A stretch of DNA of 64,000 bases from a virus: the IMG/VR virus record IMGVR_UViG_3300042894_006198, positions 64,001 through 128,000 of that record; one strand, given 5' to 3'. Below the pieces are notes generated by a model, which was not told the DNA's origin, did not search any database, and saw only the letters and a list, made by a program, of their open reading frames with translations. How positions within the stretch are numbered: the first letter of the stretch is position 1; the number at the start of each line of letters is the position of its first letter. This document shows positions 1 to 10,801 of this stretch, one piece after another. A program made the translations under genes and the position numbers.

Positions 1-13
1 GCCCACTGTAAAT

Positions 14-3000
14 ATGGTTGGTAAAGATATTAACCAACTAGTTGAAGGTACACAATATCCAAATAGTACACTATATGGTGGAATCTTAGATGAAATATTA
101 GATCCTAATACATATTATGACAGTTATATTATCTCTCCAAGATTTACAGCGGTAGATCCTACGGTATATGATGTAAGTGGTGGACAATTTACAGATGGTT
201 ATGCGCCCCCTGAGCTAGTTGCAGGTGTAGTATCAGATACGATAGATATTAATGTGAATACAAGGCCTGGCTCGACATGGGATTATGATTCTACTACTGC
301 TACATTAGTTTTCCGTGTCAGCAATGTAAACCTAAGAGATAATCTAAATGGTAACAGTATTATACTACCACCTAAGGGCAGTGGTTATCGTTTACCACCT
401 GATATTACAATTGATCCACCTCCAACATTACCTTTAGTATTTGGTGGCGTTGAGGTAACTGCTACAGGTCAACCTGTTGTCAATGGTAATGGTGGACGTT
501 TAGGTACGCCAACAATAGGTCCTGTTGGGGCAATAAACGAAGGTAGAATATTAAGTATTCCTATTGACAACGTAGGAGCGGGGTATCGTTTAGCACCTAC
601 AGTAATTATTGACAGACCACGTTTTGCAAACAATGTTATCAATGCTAATGGAGTACAAGCAGTTGCACGAGTTACCGTACGTAATGGTGCAATAACGGGG
701 GTGATCATAACGCAGCCTGGGTCAGGGTATGATCCATTATACCCACCAAAAGTCACTGTTGTAGATGATGAATTAGTTGGTGTTACTGTAACAAATGGTG
801 GCGAGGGATATAGTAATGTAACAAGTGTATATCCAACATCGACTATTACTGCACCTGATATTTTAAATACAACCATTGCAACAACTACATCAAACAGTTA
901 TGTTATAAACGTATCAAATGTAGCAAATATTACAGCAGGTATGATTGTCAATGTTGCATATACTACAAACCTTGCAAGTAATGCTACCCTAGGTGATTCT
1001 AATATTACACTAGCAAATGTTACAGGCATTGCTTTAGGTGCAAGAGTAAGTTCAAATGTTGCTAACTTTATTTTATCAAACACTTATGTTGCTAACTTAC
1101 ATGCAGGTAATGTTATTGAATTAAGTACTCCTGTCATATCAAATGCTAGCACAACTGCTAATATTACGGTAAATCCTGCGTATGGAACATTAGTAACAAG
1201 TGTTGATACTGCTAATGCCAATGTCAATGTAAGTATACGAGGTGATTGGATAAGTGCATCAAATATTACATTCTCAGGTGCACAAGCTTATTCTAACGTA
1301 GTGTTAGGTCCTGTTTTAGTTGATCACACAGGATTTAATGTCGTTAACTTCACGCCAAACATTGTTAATACACAATTTACAAAAGTAATGACCTCTAATG
1401 CCAATGCTAATGTAGGCACTTTAGTTCTTAATTCAGTAGATGAAGTACGTATTGGTCAAAGTATTACAACGACTACAGCAAATATACTAGCAGCTAATAC
1501 TGTAGTTACTAATGTATACAAATCTAACTCTACCATTGGTATTAGTGCAAATACATTAAATGCTGCTAGCGCAAATACAGTGTTTACTTTTAGTGCACAA
1601 GAGTTTTCATTCAATGAAATTGTACAAACACCAATGGATTTGATACTGTTTAATATTGACCATACAAGTCCTATATTCAGAAATTCAGGATTATCTCTTG
1701 TTTATGCTAACTCTAACACAAGTACCTTAAGTTTTAATGGTGATTGTAGTTATGCTTTCTTATCTAACAATGTTATTACATTTAGCGCAAATGCTAATAC
1801 ACCAACGTCAAATACAACAACTTATCCTCAATATACAGTTTCTAATGTAAACTATAATTTAATATCGAATGTTACTACGTTAAATGTTACGCCAAACGTA
1901 GGTAATTTATCAGGTGCAGCTAATGTTTCAACATGGGTATTAGAAACTTATAATGAAACTAGAATGGTTAATTCACCAACTAATGCTGTTGATGCCAATT
2001 TATATTATGTTGATTGGACTGACAAGTTTGTTACTTTAGATTTACATTATATAGCAAATGTTGGTACACCATATATTGATGCTTATATATATGAAGTTGG
2101 TGGTGGCAATGAACTAGAGCGTACAAATACTGAAATTAATCCTGTACGTGCTAATACAACAGGTGCATTAACTGATATCTATATTGATGCTAACTATAGA
2201 GAAGTATTTTCTATTGTACGTGATCCAATATTAAGCCCAATATCAAATGCAAATAGTTTTGGCTATGTTAATCAAGTATATGCTACACCACTAGTATACA
2301 AATATACAGCAGCTAATGGTGAATATCGTAAGTTACATTATTATCCTGAGCAGTCGACTGCATATACAACAACCACAATTGCTACAACAACAAGTGGCAG
2401 TACAATACAAGTACTTGATGCACGTGGTATAATAACAGGAACTACGCTATTAAGTGAAGGTGTCAACAATACGCCAACAGTAACCGCAGTATCTTTCTCT
2501 AATATTGCGCTAAATTATTCAGGCAACGTTACTTTAGATGCTAATGTAACAATTAATTATGGTTCATTTGTTACATTTGTTGATTATACTGCTGCTGCTA
2601 ATACAGACTATTACATTGTACCACGTGATCAAGCAAATGATCCATTGGGTAAAGTTAAGATTGTATTACGTGATGCGGTAGAAGAACATGATTACTTAAG
2701 TTATGTAGTGCTTGGTAATAGTGGAGATTTTGATCCATCAACAGGCAAGACTAATTATGGCTATAGTATTCCTGAAACACAAACTACTGTATTATCTACA
2801 ACAGGTACAACCGTAGCAAATGTTACTGCAGTTGATGCTCCTAACGTAGTCATTTCTGTAAATTCTACTGCGAACATATTTGCAGGAATGGTAGCTACAG
2901 GTGGAACTATACCATCAGGTGGATCAATTGTACTAAGCGTATTAAACTCTGCTAATTTACAAATGTCAAGTGTTACAGGTATTAGTACGGGTAACAATCT

Positions 3001-5992
3001 TACATTCTCTTATCCACAAGCCTTTACACAAGTTGTTCCATTAGTTAATTTTGTTGGTTCACCGACTGTAACAGGTGACAACAATATTGAAAATGCGATT
3101 GTTGAAGTAAATGGTGTACGTTTATTAGATCAATTGAGTAAAGTATATATAAGTGATGGTAGTTTACCATATGCAGCACCTATACCTATACAATTAACAA
3201 GTAGTGTTAATGGTATAACAAGTGGTACAGTAACCATTGGTTCTACAACTTATACCTACTATGTTGCTGTAGGCAACAATGGATTAATTTTACTTAATAT
3301 TGATGACCCAACTAATCCTTTAGATTGGGTTCCACAGATTAATGTAACAGGTTATAATTTAAATAGCGTGGCAGTAAGTGGTACTAATATTATTGTAGTG
3401 GGTGAGCTAGGCACATGGGTAACATTGTCAACAAGTTCTATCGTAATTGCTGCATCAACACGCAGTGGATGGGTATTAAAATCGCCATTCACGGCATATA
3501 ATTTAAACTCAATTGTTTATAATGCTGTATCAAGTACGTTTGTTGTAGTTGGTGATTCACAAACCATTTACAACAGTGCCAATGATGGTTCTACTTGGAC
3601 AAATTATACTGTAGCTGATGCTACGATAACCACTGCAGGTTATACAACAACTCCTGCAACCCACAAGTACAACTTTAGAAAGATTATTTGGAACAATTAT
3701 GGTACTGCACAATCATTTGTTATTGTAGGTGATTGTAATAATTTACCTGCAGTACGTGCACCATTACCTACTGATACAAGTTATATTGGTGTAACAAACT
3801 ATGTACAAGGTATTATCATTTTAGGTAATTCTGCGGGTACTACATGGACAGTATTAGCTCCATCTGCTGAGCGTAACGATATTGGTTCATTGCGTTCAGT
3901 AAGTTATGATCCGCTAACAGGCAATGCAATTATTGTTGGACAAAACAATGCATCAACTTATATTGGTCAACCTTGGGCTAATGGTTATACAATTAACTAT
4001 AGTACATTAAGTATAACATCAACATGGTCAATTACTAATATTAACACATCATTAACATCGACTACTCCATTTACTGATATTGTATACATTGCAGATTATC
4101 AAAGTACTTCATTGCCTTCATTTTATGTGGTAGGCGAGTTTGATCAGATTGCTCCATTTACTTCAATGGTGTTTACAATAAGTGGTTCAGGTACATCATG
4201 GACAGGTGCACGAGTAGATAATCAAATTGATGGTGATATTCATGCTGCCATTGTACGTAGTAATTACGATACACTTACTGTGGGTCAGCATGGTGATGTT
4301 TATGACGTTAATACTGATACATATAGTATACCAACGGTAGCAAATCAAGTTTATGGATACAGCCCAACATTCTTAACATTAGGTACATTAGTTGTTACAC
4401 TGAATGGTATATTACAATCATATGGTATAGACTATACAGTAATTTACGATAGTAATGATACCCCTTATGTTGAATTTATTACAGCACCTGCAGTAGGTGA
4501 TTTAATTGAAATTTCCTATGTAGATAATACAAACATAAGTGATCCCTATGACATTGTATACAATACAGGCTTAGGTAGTGCTTTATTAACGTTGAATATA
4601 CCTGTACAAGCAGCAGGTGATGTGTTAACAGTAACAACCTTTAATCGCACTGCACAACAAAGTTTGAACACATTAAGCTTGCTTGGATCAACTGTTAATT
4701 CTATAGCATCAATTATTGTATCAGGTACAGTGGCTACAGTAACAACAATTAATACACATAGTTTCACAGGTGGACAAATTGTTCGTATTAATAGAACAAA
4801 TAGTGCGGTATATGATGGAACAGATGATTTTGGTAGTATCTATGAGATTATTGCTGCACCAACGACAACAACATTTACGATAAACGTAGATGGTGGTTCG
4901 CCTAGTATATTAGGAGCGGGTTTTGTATTCCCTGACAATCAATACTTCCTAAACCAACCTGACTTTATCATTTTAAATAAGTCAAGATTATGGGTAACGG
5001 TGAATGGTTATCGTGTTGATGAAAATAATTTTGCTTTAACTAACAATCAAGTACAAATTTTCCGTGAAATTATAGCATCAGACGAGATTGGTATATTGTC
5101 GATGACGCCTGGGGCAACGCCAAATGCTGAGTTCTTTACTATACATTTGAGTAAAACAGGTTCAGCTTCAGTATTAAGAATGCCACCTGAAGATACTACA
5201 TTTGTTACGGATGCTTTCCCAAGTGATCCACCCAATGGAATATTGTATGTACAGGATGCAGCACGTTTAATGGATAAAATTGTTCAATCAACCACTGTAG
5301 CTACGTCAACGATTAGTTTTGAAAGTGCTTATTTGGTATCAAATCAAGTTAATCGTGTTGATATTGTAGCTACAAAATATGTATCAGGTATTACTCAAGC
5401 TAGTATTGCGGTAGTTACTACAACAGTAAATCATGATTTAAGTGATGGTGATACAGTTGTGTTGAATAATGTTGGTGGTATGGTGCAAGTAAATGGACTG
5501 ACATATTATGCTAAGGTATCAGGATATGCTGCCAATCAGTTTGCACTATATGCTGATCGTGGGCTAACTACTGCATTAAATTCTACAGCATTAACTGCTT
5601 ATACAAGTGGTGGCACTTTTAATATTGAAGTAAATGGAACTTACAGTCCTGATAGTTATAACAGAATAATTGTTGAATCATACTTTACAGTGGGCACAGC
5701 AGTAGTTATTACTGTATGGATTGGGAACACTGTAATTGTCAATGGTGAATATATACGATTTACACAGTTTGATTTAACTGAAGGTACTAATAGTATTAGT
5801 GGGTTATCACGTGGTGTCAATGGTACGATAGTATCTCCAACGATTGCACGTGGTAGCTTAGTACGTCCAATTATACCAAAGAATATTTTACCAAGTACTT
5901 ACTATGGTTATTCATGGAGTGATAGTAGAAATAATCCATTACAGATTAGTGAAACTCCTGCGGCTATATTCCTAAGAAGTGCTAGTAATTAA
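14..5992 (+). CDS. Very large virion structural protein (baseplate/tail-fibre-like); frame is open to the window edge, so it may start upstream
   Basis: 1992 aa, rich in N/T/S/V/G. Contains GxGY..AP.V repeats, VAVG..G beta-propeller-like repeats and an ITQA..AVVT...HDL..GD.V tail module. Lies next to other tail genes. Confidence 0.75.
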   Translation: MVGKDINQLVEGTQYPNSTLYGGILDEILDPNTYYDSYIISPRFTAVDPTVYDVSGGQFTDGYAPPELVAGVVSDTIDINVNTRPGSTWDYDSTTATLVFRVSNVNLRDNLNGNSIILPPKGSGYRLPPDITIDPPPTLPLVFGGVEVTATGQPVVNGNGGRLGTPTIGPVGAINEGRILSIPIDNVGAGYRLAPTVIIDRPRFANNVINANGVQAVARVTVRNGAITGVIITQPGSGYDPLYPPKVTVVDDELVGVTVTNGGEGYSNVTSVYPTSTITAPDILNTTIATTTSNSYVINVSNVANITAGMIVNVAYTTNLASNATLGDSNITLANVTGIALGARVSSNVANFILSNTYVANLHAGNVIELSTPVISNASTTANITVNPAYGTLVTSVDTANANVNVSIRGDWISASNITFSGAQAYSNVVLGPVLVDHTGFNVVNFTPNIVNTQFTKVMTSNANANVGTLVLNSVDEVRIGQSITTTTANILAANTVVTNVYKSNSTIGISANTLNAASANTVFTFSAQEFSFNEIVQTPMDLILFNIDHTSPIFRNSGLSLVYANSNTSTLSFNGDCSYAFLSNNVITFSANANTPTSNTTTYPQYTVSNVNYNLISNVTTLNVTPNVGNLSGAANVSTWVLETYNETRMVNSPTNAVDANLYYVDWTDKFVTLDLHYIANVGTPYIDAYIYEVGGGNELERTNTEINPVRANTTGALTDIYIDANYREVFSIVRDPILSPISNANSFGYVNQVYATPLVYKYTAANGEYRKLHYYPEQSTAYTTTTIATTTSGSTIQVLDARGIITGTTLLSEGVNNTPTVTAVSFSNIALNYSGNVTLDANVTINYGSFVTFVDYTAAANTDYYIVPRDQANDPLGKVKIVLRDAVEEHDYLSYVVLGNSGDFDPSTGKTNYGYSIPETQTTVLSTTGTTVANVTAVDAPNVVISVNSTANIFAGMVATGGTIPSGGSIVLSVLNSANLQMSSVTGISTGNNLTFSYPQAFTQVVPLVNFVGSPTVTGDNNIENAIVEVNGVRLLDQLSKVYISDGSLPYAAPIPIQLTSSVNGITSGTVTIGSTTYTYYVAVGNNGLILLNIDDPTNPLDWVPQINVTGYNLNSVAVSGTNIIVVGELGTWVTLSTSSIVIAASTRSGWVLKSPFTAYNLNSIVYNAVSSTFVVVGDSQTIYNSANDGSTWTNYTVADATITTAGYTTTPATHKYNFRKIIWNNYGTAQSFVIVGDCNNLPAVRAPLPTDTSYIGVTNYVQGIIILGNSAGTTWTVLAPSAERNDIGSLRSVSYDPLTGNAIIVGQNNASTYIGQPWANGYTINYSTLSITSTWSITNINTSLTSTTPFTDIVYIADYQSTSLPSFYVVGEFDQIAPFTSMVFTISGSGTSWTGARVDNQIDGDIHAAIVRSNYDTLTVGQHGDVYDVNTDTYSIPTVANQVYGYSPTFLTLGTLVVTLNGILQSYGIDYTVIYDSNDTPYVEFITAPAVGDLIEISYVDNTNISDPYDIVYNTGLGSALLTLNIPVQAAGDVLTVTTFNRTAQQSLNTLSLLGSTVNSIASIIVSGTVATVTTINTHSFTGGQIVRINRTNSAVYDGTDDFGSIYEIIAAPTTTTFTINVDGGSPSILGAGFVFPDNQYFLNQPDFIILNKSRLWVTVNGYRVDENNFALTNNQVQIFREIIASDEIGILSMTPGATPNAEFFTIHLSKTGSASVLRMPPEDTTFVTDAFPSDPPNGILYVQDAARLMDKIVQSTTVATSTISFESAYLVSNQVNRVDIVATKYVSGITQASIAVVTTTVNHDLSDGDTVVLNNVGGMVQVNGLTYYAKVSGYAANQFALYADRGLTTALNSTALTAYTSGGTFNIEVNGTYSPDSYNRIIVESYFTVGTAVVITVWIGNTVIVNGEYIRFTQFDLTEGTNSISGLSRGVNGTIVSPTIARGSLVRPIIPKNILPSTYYGYSWSDSRNNPLQISETPAAIFLRSASN

Positions 5993-6008
5993 AAGATAAA
6001 TATAAATT

Positions 6009-6164
6009 ATGAACAAAATGGATAAAAATATTACAAAACCTGAAGTAAAAAGTACGCAAAGTTCTAAAAAACCAAATGAACAAGGTAGTTTTTATTTTAG
6101 TAGTAGCATAAAAATTTTTGATCCACAGACACAAAAAGTTTTTGTGCATAAAAGATGTAATTGA
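6009..6164 (+). CDS. Small conserved late protein (51 aa), not in the ORF track
   Basis: TAAATA at 5997-6002. SSIKIFDPQTQKVFVHKR resembles the N-terminus of the next ORF (GFIKIYDPHSGEVLCEKK). Confidence 0.7.
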   Translation: MNKMDKNITKPEVKSTQSSKKPNEQGSFYFSSSIKIFDPQTQKVFVHKRCN

Positions 6165-6176
6165 TGGAAAAAATAA

Positions 6177-6791
6177 ATGGATAAATCTACGATAGCAATT
6201 CAAGGTTTTATTAAGATATATGATCCGCATAGTGGTGAAGTACTATGTGAGAAAAAGAATGCTATTCACTATGAAAACATGAGTGAAGCGATTGCATTGA
6301 CCTTGAGCAATCGTGGGTATGGTAGCATTTATCAAATGGCTTTTGGTAATGGTGGTGCTAGTGTAGATGAAACAGGTTTAATAACTTATTTGCCACCTAA
6401 TACAACAGGTCAAAATGCTGCGTTATACAATCAAACTTATCAAAAAATTGTTGATGACACTATAGCAACCAATACTAATGCAGCACGTAATCGCATGATT
6501 GTAAGTCATGTAAATGGAACATTGTATTCAGATATTTTAGTACAGTGTTTATTAGATTATGGTGAACCTGCAGGGCAACAAGCATTTGATAATGCAACAA
6601 ACAATGAAGGATTATATGTATTTGATGAGCTAGGATTATTAGCTAATTATGGTACAGATAGTACAGGAGCGGTTCAAACCAAGTTATTGAGCCACGCAAT
6701 TTTTCACCCTGTTCAAAAAGCGTTAAATCGTCAAATACAGATTGACTATACTGTGCGTATACAAACGCTAACTAACTTGGTGACCATATGA
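6177..6791 (+). CDS. Putative baseplate/tail structural protein
   Basis: 204 aa with FDELGL and HPVQK motifs; tail-gene context. Confidence 0.6.
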   Translation: MDKSTIAIQGFIKIYDPHSGEVLCEKKNAIHYENMSEAIALTLSNRGYGSIYQMAFGNGGASVDETGLITYLPPNTTGQNAALYNQTYQKIVDDTIATNTNAARNRMIVSHVNGTLYSDILVQCLLDYGEPAGQQAFDNATNNEGLYVFDELGLLANYGTDSTGAVQTKLLSHAIFHPVQKALNRQIQIDYTVRIQTLTNLVTI

Positions 6792-6817
6792 TAAATATTT
6801 AAAGATGGAAACAGAAA

Positions 6818-8773
6818 ATGGCATATCAAATTCTTAAAACTAATGGTAATTTGTTAACAACCATCCCGGATGGTACGATTTCACAGGCATACTCGACGTT
6901 GCAGTTGCCTGGGCGAAACTATAATGGGTATGGTCAATTTCTTGATACAAACTTTGTACATTTGTTAGAGAATTTTAGCAGTGCAAATGCTCCATTAAAT
7001 TCGCTTACAGGACAATTATGGTTTAATCCATCATCAAATACGTTAAGCGTGGCGATTACCGATGGCGGACCAGGCTTCACAAGCACATGGACAAGTGTTG
7101 TTACAACATCAGGTGATGTTAATAACCCTATTTTCAATGGTAACCTCACTGCAAATGGATGGTTTTATACGACAGGAAATGCACGTTTTGATGGTCCTGT
7201 TACCATAACAAATAATTCAAATAGCACATCAACAGTTACAGGAAGTTTTACTACAGTAGGTGGAGTAGGGATTGGTGGTAACTTATATGTTGGTGGTACG
7301 ATTGTTGGTACATTGTCAGGCAATGTTACAGGTAATTTAATCACAGGTGGTAGCAACAATGCAGTTGTTATTACAAATGCAAATTCTGTAGCAGTTGGTG
7401 CTTCATATTTGTCATATACAGAATCAACAGAGGCTAATTTACAAGTTGAGGGTAATTTAATTGTTGTACCACCATCGTTAAGTGGTCCACGTTTTTCGGT
7501 TGGGTCTAATGCAAACTTAGGCACAACACAAATGAACGTAGCATTTGCTAATGGTTCTTCATTCTCAGTACAAGCTAATACGATGGCGTTTACGGGACCT
7601 GGGACCTTTAGCGTAAGTACAGGTGCCAATCCAATTACATTAACAACTACTTCAAGTAATGTTGTTGTGCAAGGACAGATTGCTGCAAATAGTGTAGCAA
7701 ATGGTTCAATGGTTATTACAGTGGGTGGTAATCCTGCGTTGTCGCTAGGTCCTAATATCTATAGCAATGGATCAATGTTTGCTAAGGGTGCCATGGTTGT
7801 TGGTGCTGATGTTACAAATAGTGGTGGTTCAGGTACTACAAATGCTAGTGCAGTGTTAACTGTATATGGTACATCTGCAGCTAATTCGACAACAACAAGT
7901 GGTGCATTAAATGTACAAGGTGGTGCACGTGTTATTGGTAATTTAGTCGTAGGCACAGGTAATTCTACAGATTATGCATTTATTTTTAATACAGATAATG
8001 TTAATGCACAGTCAACATCATTTGCAACAGGAACTTTAGGTAATGGTGCTTTACAGGTACAAGGTGGTATTGGTGCAGCAGGTAACATTTATGCATATAA
8101 TACTTTATCAGGTAATGCTGTAATTTTAAGAAATGGTTTAGTATGGTTAGATACAACAGGTGAAAATAGAATTGAACGTACAGGTTCAGGGGCAAGTGCG
8201 GTAACTACTTTAGTTGTAGGTAATACATCACCCGCTATTTTTGCAAATACAAGTGCTGCTAATGCTGCTAACTTCCAATTTGGTATTACTACACCTATTT
8301 TAACTACAGGTTCGAATGCAACAAGTGGAACAATTACAGGTAATTGGACATTGTCAACAGGGTCAAAACTTAACGCTACATACGCTGACTTGGCAGAACG
8401 ATTTGAGTCTGATTATCCTTATGAAGCAGGTACAGTTGTTGAGTTAGGTGGTGAAAAAGAAATTACTGCTGTACGTCAAGATTTAAGTGAAGATGTTTTC
8501 GGTGTAATTTCTAATACAGCAGGTTATTTGATGAATGCAGGTGCAGGTGATGATGCTACTCATCCTCCTGTTGCTGTAAGTGGTCGAGTACAAGTCAATG
8601 TTTTAGGTAAGGTTAAAAAAGGTGAACGTTTAGTTAGTGCGGGTGGTGGTTTTGCACGTGCAGCCAAACATGGTGAAGCTACACATTTTACAACATTAGG
8701 ACGTGCTTTAGAAAATAAAACAACAGATGGTGTAGGGCGAGTTTTAGCAGTAGTTAATGCTAAATTAAGTTAA
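6818..8773 (+). CDS. Tail fibre/spike with C-terminal intramolecular chaperone (peptidase G2/S74-like) domain
   Basis: N-terminal GRNY.GYG...NF.HLLENF motif; GAL.V.GG.G repeats; C-terminal YADLAERF...GTVV...G.V.V signature. Confidence 0.75.
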   Translation: MAYQILKTNGNLLTTIPDGTISQAYSTLQLPGRNYNGYGQFLDTNFVHLLENFSSANAPLNSLTGQLWFNPSSNTLSVAITDGGPGFTSTWTSVVTTSGDVNNPIFNGNLTANGWFYTTGNARFDGPVTITNNSNSTSTVTGSFTTVGGVGIGGNLYVGGTIVGTLSGNVTGNLITGGSNNAVVITNANSVAVGASYLSYTESTEANLQVEGNLIVVPPSLSGPRFSVGSNANLGTTQMNVAFANGSSFSVQANTMAFTGPGTFSVSTGANPITLTTTSSNVVVQGQIAANSVANGSMVITVGGNPALSLGPNIYSNGSMFAKGAMVVGADVTNSGGSGTTNASAVLTVYGTSAANSTTTSGALNVQGGARVIGNLVVGTGNSTDYAFIFNTDNVNAQSTSFATGTLGNGALQVQGGIGAAGNIYAYNTLSGNAVILRNGLVWLDTTGENRIERTGSGASAVTTLVVGNTSPAIFANTSAANAANFQFGITTPILTTGSNATSGTITGNWTLSTGSKLNATYADLAERFESDYPYEAGTVVELGGEKEITAVRQDLSEDVFGVISNTAGYLMNAGAGDDATHPPVAVSGRVQVNVLGKVKKGERLVSAGGGFARAAKHGEATHFTTLGRALENKTTDGVGRVLAVVNAKLS

Positions 8774-8783
8774 TGGTGAATTT

Positions 8784-9662
8784 ATGACATATAATACTGA
8801 TGGTTTAATTCAAGCTAGTGATTATAATACACGAGAAACGATAATCGACGGTATTTGGGGACCAGGCAGCGGTAGTCGTGGATGGGGCCAATCTTCATTA
8901 TCATCAGTAAATCAATTTGACATTGTCACCGCAGGACCAAGTGGTTCTCCTGTAGAATGGGCAAAACTTATACAAACGTTAAACTATATATCAGTACATG
9001 AAAATGGTACAAACACAGGTATTACTCCACCAATGACAGGTGATTTAATTACATGGTTAAGTGCTTTCGATGGACAAATGAATACATTGTGTGATGTAGG
9101 GGCAACAAACAATCGTTTTGGTACATATGCTGCTTTTAATGACCAAGGAGAAATAGCAGGTACACATTCTTCAGCATGGGGAAGTGGTTCTTCATCTATT
9201 ACAAATATCGCATCAGTTAGTTGGGGCAGTGTTGACCAAGCAAGATATTTTTTTAATGCAGGTGGTCGTATTAACATAAACATTTCATATAGTGGAGGTA
9301 GCGGTAGTCCTCAGGACAATAATTGGTCAACAGTTTGTAGCAATGCAGGTACCATGTGGGTACAAGCAATTTCAGTTGGTGGCACTGCATCAGGTTCATA
9401 TGGATATTATGGTAGTGCAGGAAGAATGTACAGTGCAAATGGAACGGGGAGTTATAGTTCAAATACATTGACAGTCGATGTGAGTGGTCAAGGTACATCA
9501 TCATTGACGTTTACTACAACATTTACCGATAATCATAATAACATATGGTTTGACCAAGTTACAGGAACTTTTCGCATTGGTATAACAGTTCGTCGCCCCA
9601 CGACAAATGGACCAATCACAGATACTTGGGGTATTGCATCAGTGAGCGTTCCTAATTTTTAA
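8784..9662 (+). CDS. Virion structural protein (distal tail/receptor-associated)
   Basis: G/S/T-rich; I.ASDYN and ARYFFNAGGRI motifs; follows the tail fibre gene. Confidence 0.6.
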   Translation: MTYNTDGLIQASDYNTRETIIDGIWGPGSGSRGWGQSSLSSVNQFDIVTAGPSGSPVEWAKLIQTLNYISVHENGTNTGITPPMTGDLITWLSAFDGQMNTLCDVGATNNRFGTYAAFNDQGEIAGTHSSAWGSGSSSITNIASVSWGSVDQARYFFNAGGRININISYSGGSGSPQDNNWSTVCSNAGTMWVQAISVGGTASGSYGYYGSAGRMYSANGTGSYSSNTLTVDVSGQGTSSLTFTTTFTDNHNNIWFDQVTGTFRIGITVRRPTTNGPITDTWGIASVSVPNF

Positions 9663-9701
9663 AAATAATTTTTATGCCTAGCAATTAAGTTAAATAATTG
9701 C

Positions 9702-10010
9702 ATGGACACAAAAGAAATTATTCAGACAGTTAAGTATCGTTATGACCAACGATTACACAAAAATTTACTAGAAGAAAGATACAAAAACAAGTTACTTGTT
9801 ATCAATCAAACAGGTTATTGGTTTGCAAGTCAACAACTTATATCTTTTTTATCAATTGAGGCATTAGGCGAACAAGTTTATATTCAAGATGAATATAAAA
9901 ATATTATTTTAGTAAATCGCCAAGAACTACTAAGTGTTCTTATTGAAACGTATCGTACTGCCATGAAGCAATGGGCAATTGAACTTGAAGAATTAAAACA
10001 AGTACGATGA
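9702..10010 (+). CDS. Hypothetical protein
   Basis: TAAATA-N5-ATG; overlaps the next gene (ATGA). Confidence 0.65.
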   Translation: MDTKEIIQTVKYRYDQRLHKNLLEERYKNKLLVINQTGYWFASQQLISFLSIEALGEQVYIQDEYKNIILVNRQELLSVLIETYRTAMKQWAIELEELKQVR

Positions 10011-10801
10011 ATCGTGGAATAGTTATTATAGCATTTGATACAGAATATCTTGAATATACAAAAATTGCAAGATTTTGTGCTAAACGTGCTAAAGAATTTT
10101 TAAAATTACCAATCACGTTAATTACGGACAAAGAATTCATTGATCCTAATGTAGACAATGTCATTTATACCAATAATGAAAGATATCAACATCGTACGTT
10201 TGGTACTGATTTACAAAAATGGCGTAATTTTAATCGTGCCGATGTGTACGATCTTAGCCCTTATGACCATACTTTATTAATTGATTGTGATTATGTTATT
10301 AATAGTGATCAATTAAATTCTTTGTGGGATTTAGATAAAAGTTTTCTTTGTCATGGTACAACAGCAGGAGTGACAAAATTTAGTAATAGTTTGATTGAAT
10401 CTTTAGGTCAATATGAATTAAACATGTGTTGGGCAACAGTTGTTATGTTTAAAAAAGATCAATTCAGTAAATCAATTTTTCACATGTGGAAAATGATACA
10501 GCAAAATTACATTTATTATGCAGCATTATTCAAATTTAATAATCAACTTTACAGAAATGATTATGCTTTAACCATTGCTTTAAATACTATGACGGGTCAC
10601 TTAGGATATGACGAGTTTTTAATTAAATACCCACTTATTAACATCTTTACTGATGTTGAAGTCAAACGTAATGAAGATGAATTTGAGTTTTATTATCAAA
10701 AAATGGTTGCTAGCACTCTCCGTCCTTACCGTGTAAAATTGTCAAACACTGATTTTCATTGTATGAACAAAAAAAGTTTATTGGAATTTATTAATGGATA
10801 A
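10007..10801 (+). CDS. Glycosyltransferase-like protein (GT-A fold)
   Basis: RG.VIIA start, YDLSPYD.TLLID.D (DxD motif), YRNDYAL. Confidence 0.7.
   Translation: MNRGIVIIAFDTEYLEYTKIARFCAKRAKEFLKLPITLITDKEFIDPNVDNVIYTNNERYQHRTFGTDLQKWRNFNRADVYDLSPYDHTLLIDCDYVINSDQLNSLWDLDKSFLCHGTTAGVTKFSNSLIESLGQYELNMCWATVVMFKKDQFSKSIFHMWKMIQQNYIYYAALFKFNNQLYRNDYALTIALNTMTGHLGYDEFLIKYPLINIFTDVEVKRNEDEFEFYYQKMVASTLRPYRVKLSNTDFHCMNKKSLLEFING

Noticed and set aside
5370-5620. Module resembling the so-called ubiquitin-activating E1 FCCH domain
   Set aside because: This is a common beta module in phage tail proteins; there is no E1 catalytic domain or ubiquitin-like system here.
469-9504. Many minus-strand ORFs of 60-150 aa inside the structural genes (and similar ones throughout the window)
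   Set aside because: They are antisense shadows of long, codon-biased genes, with no promoter, SD or recognisable motifs.
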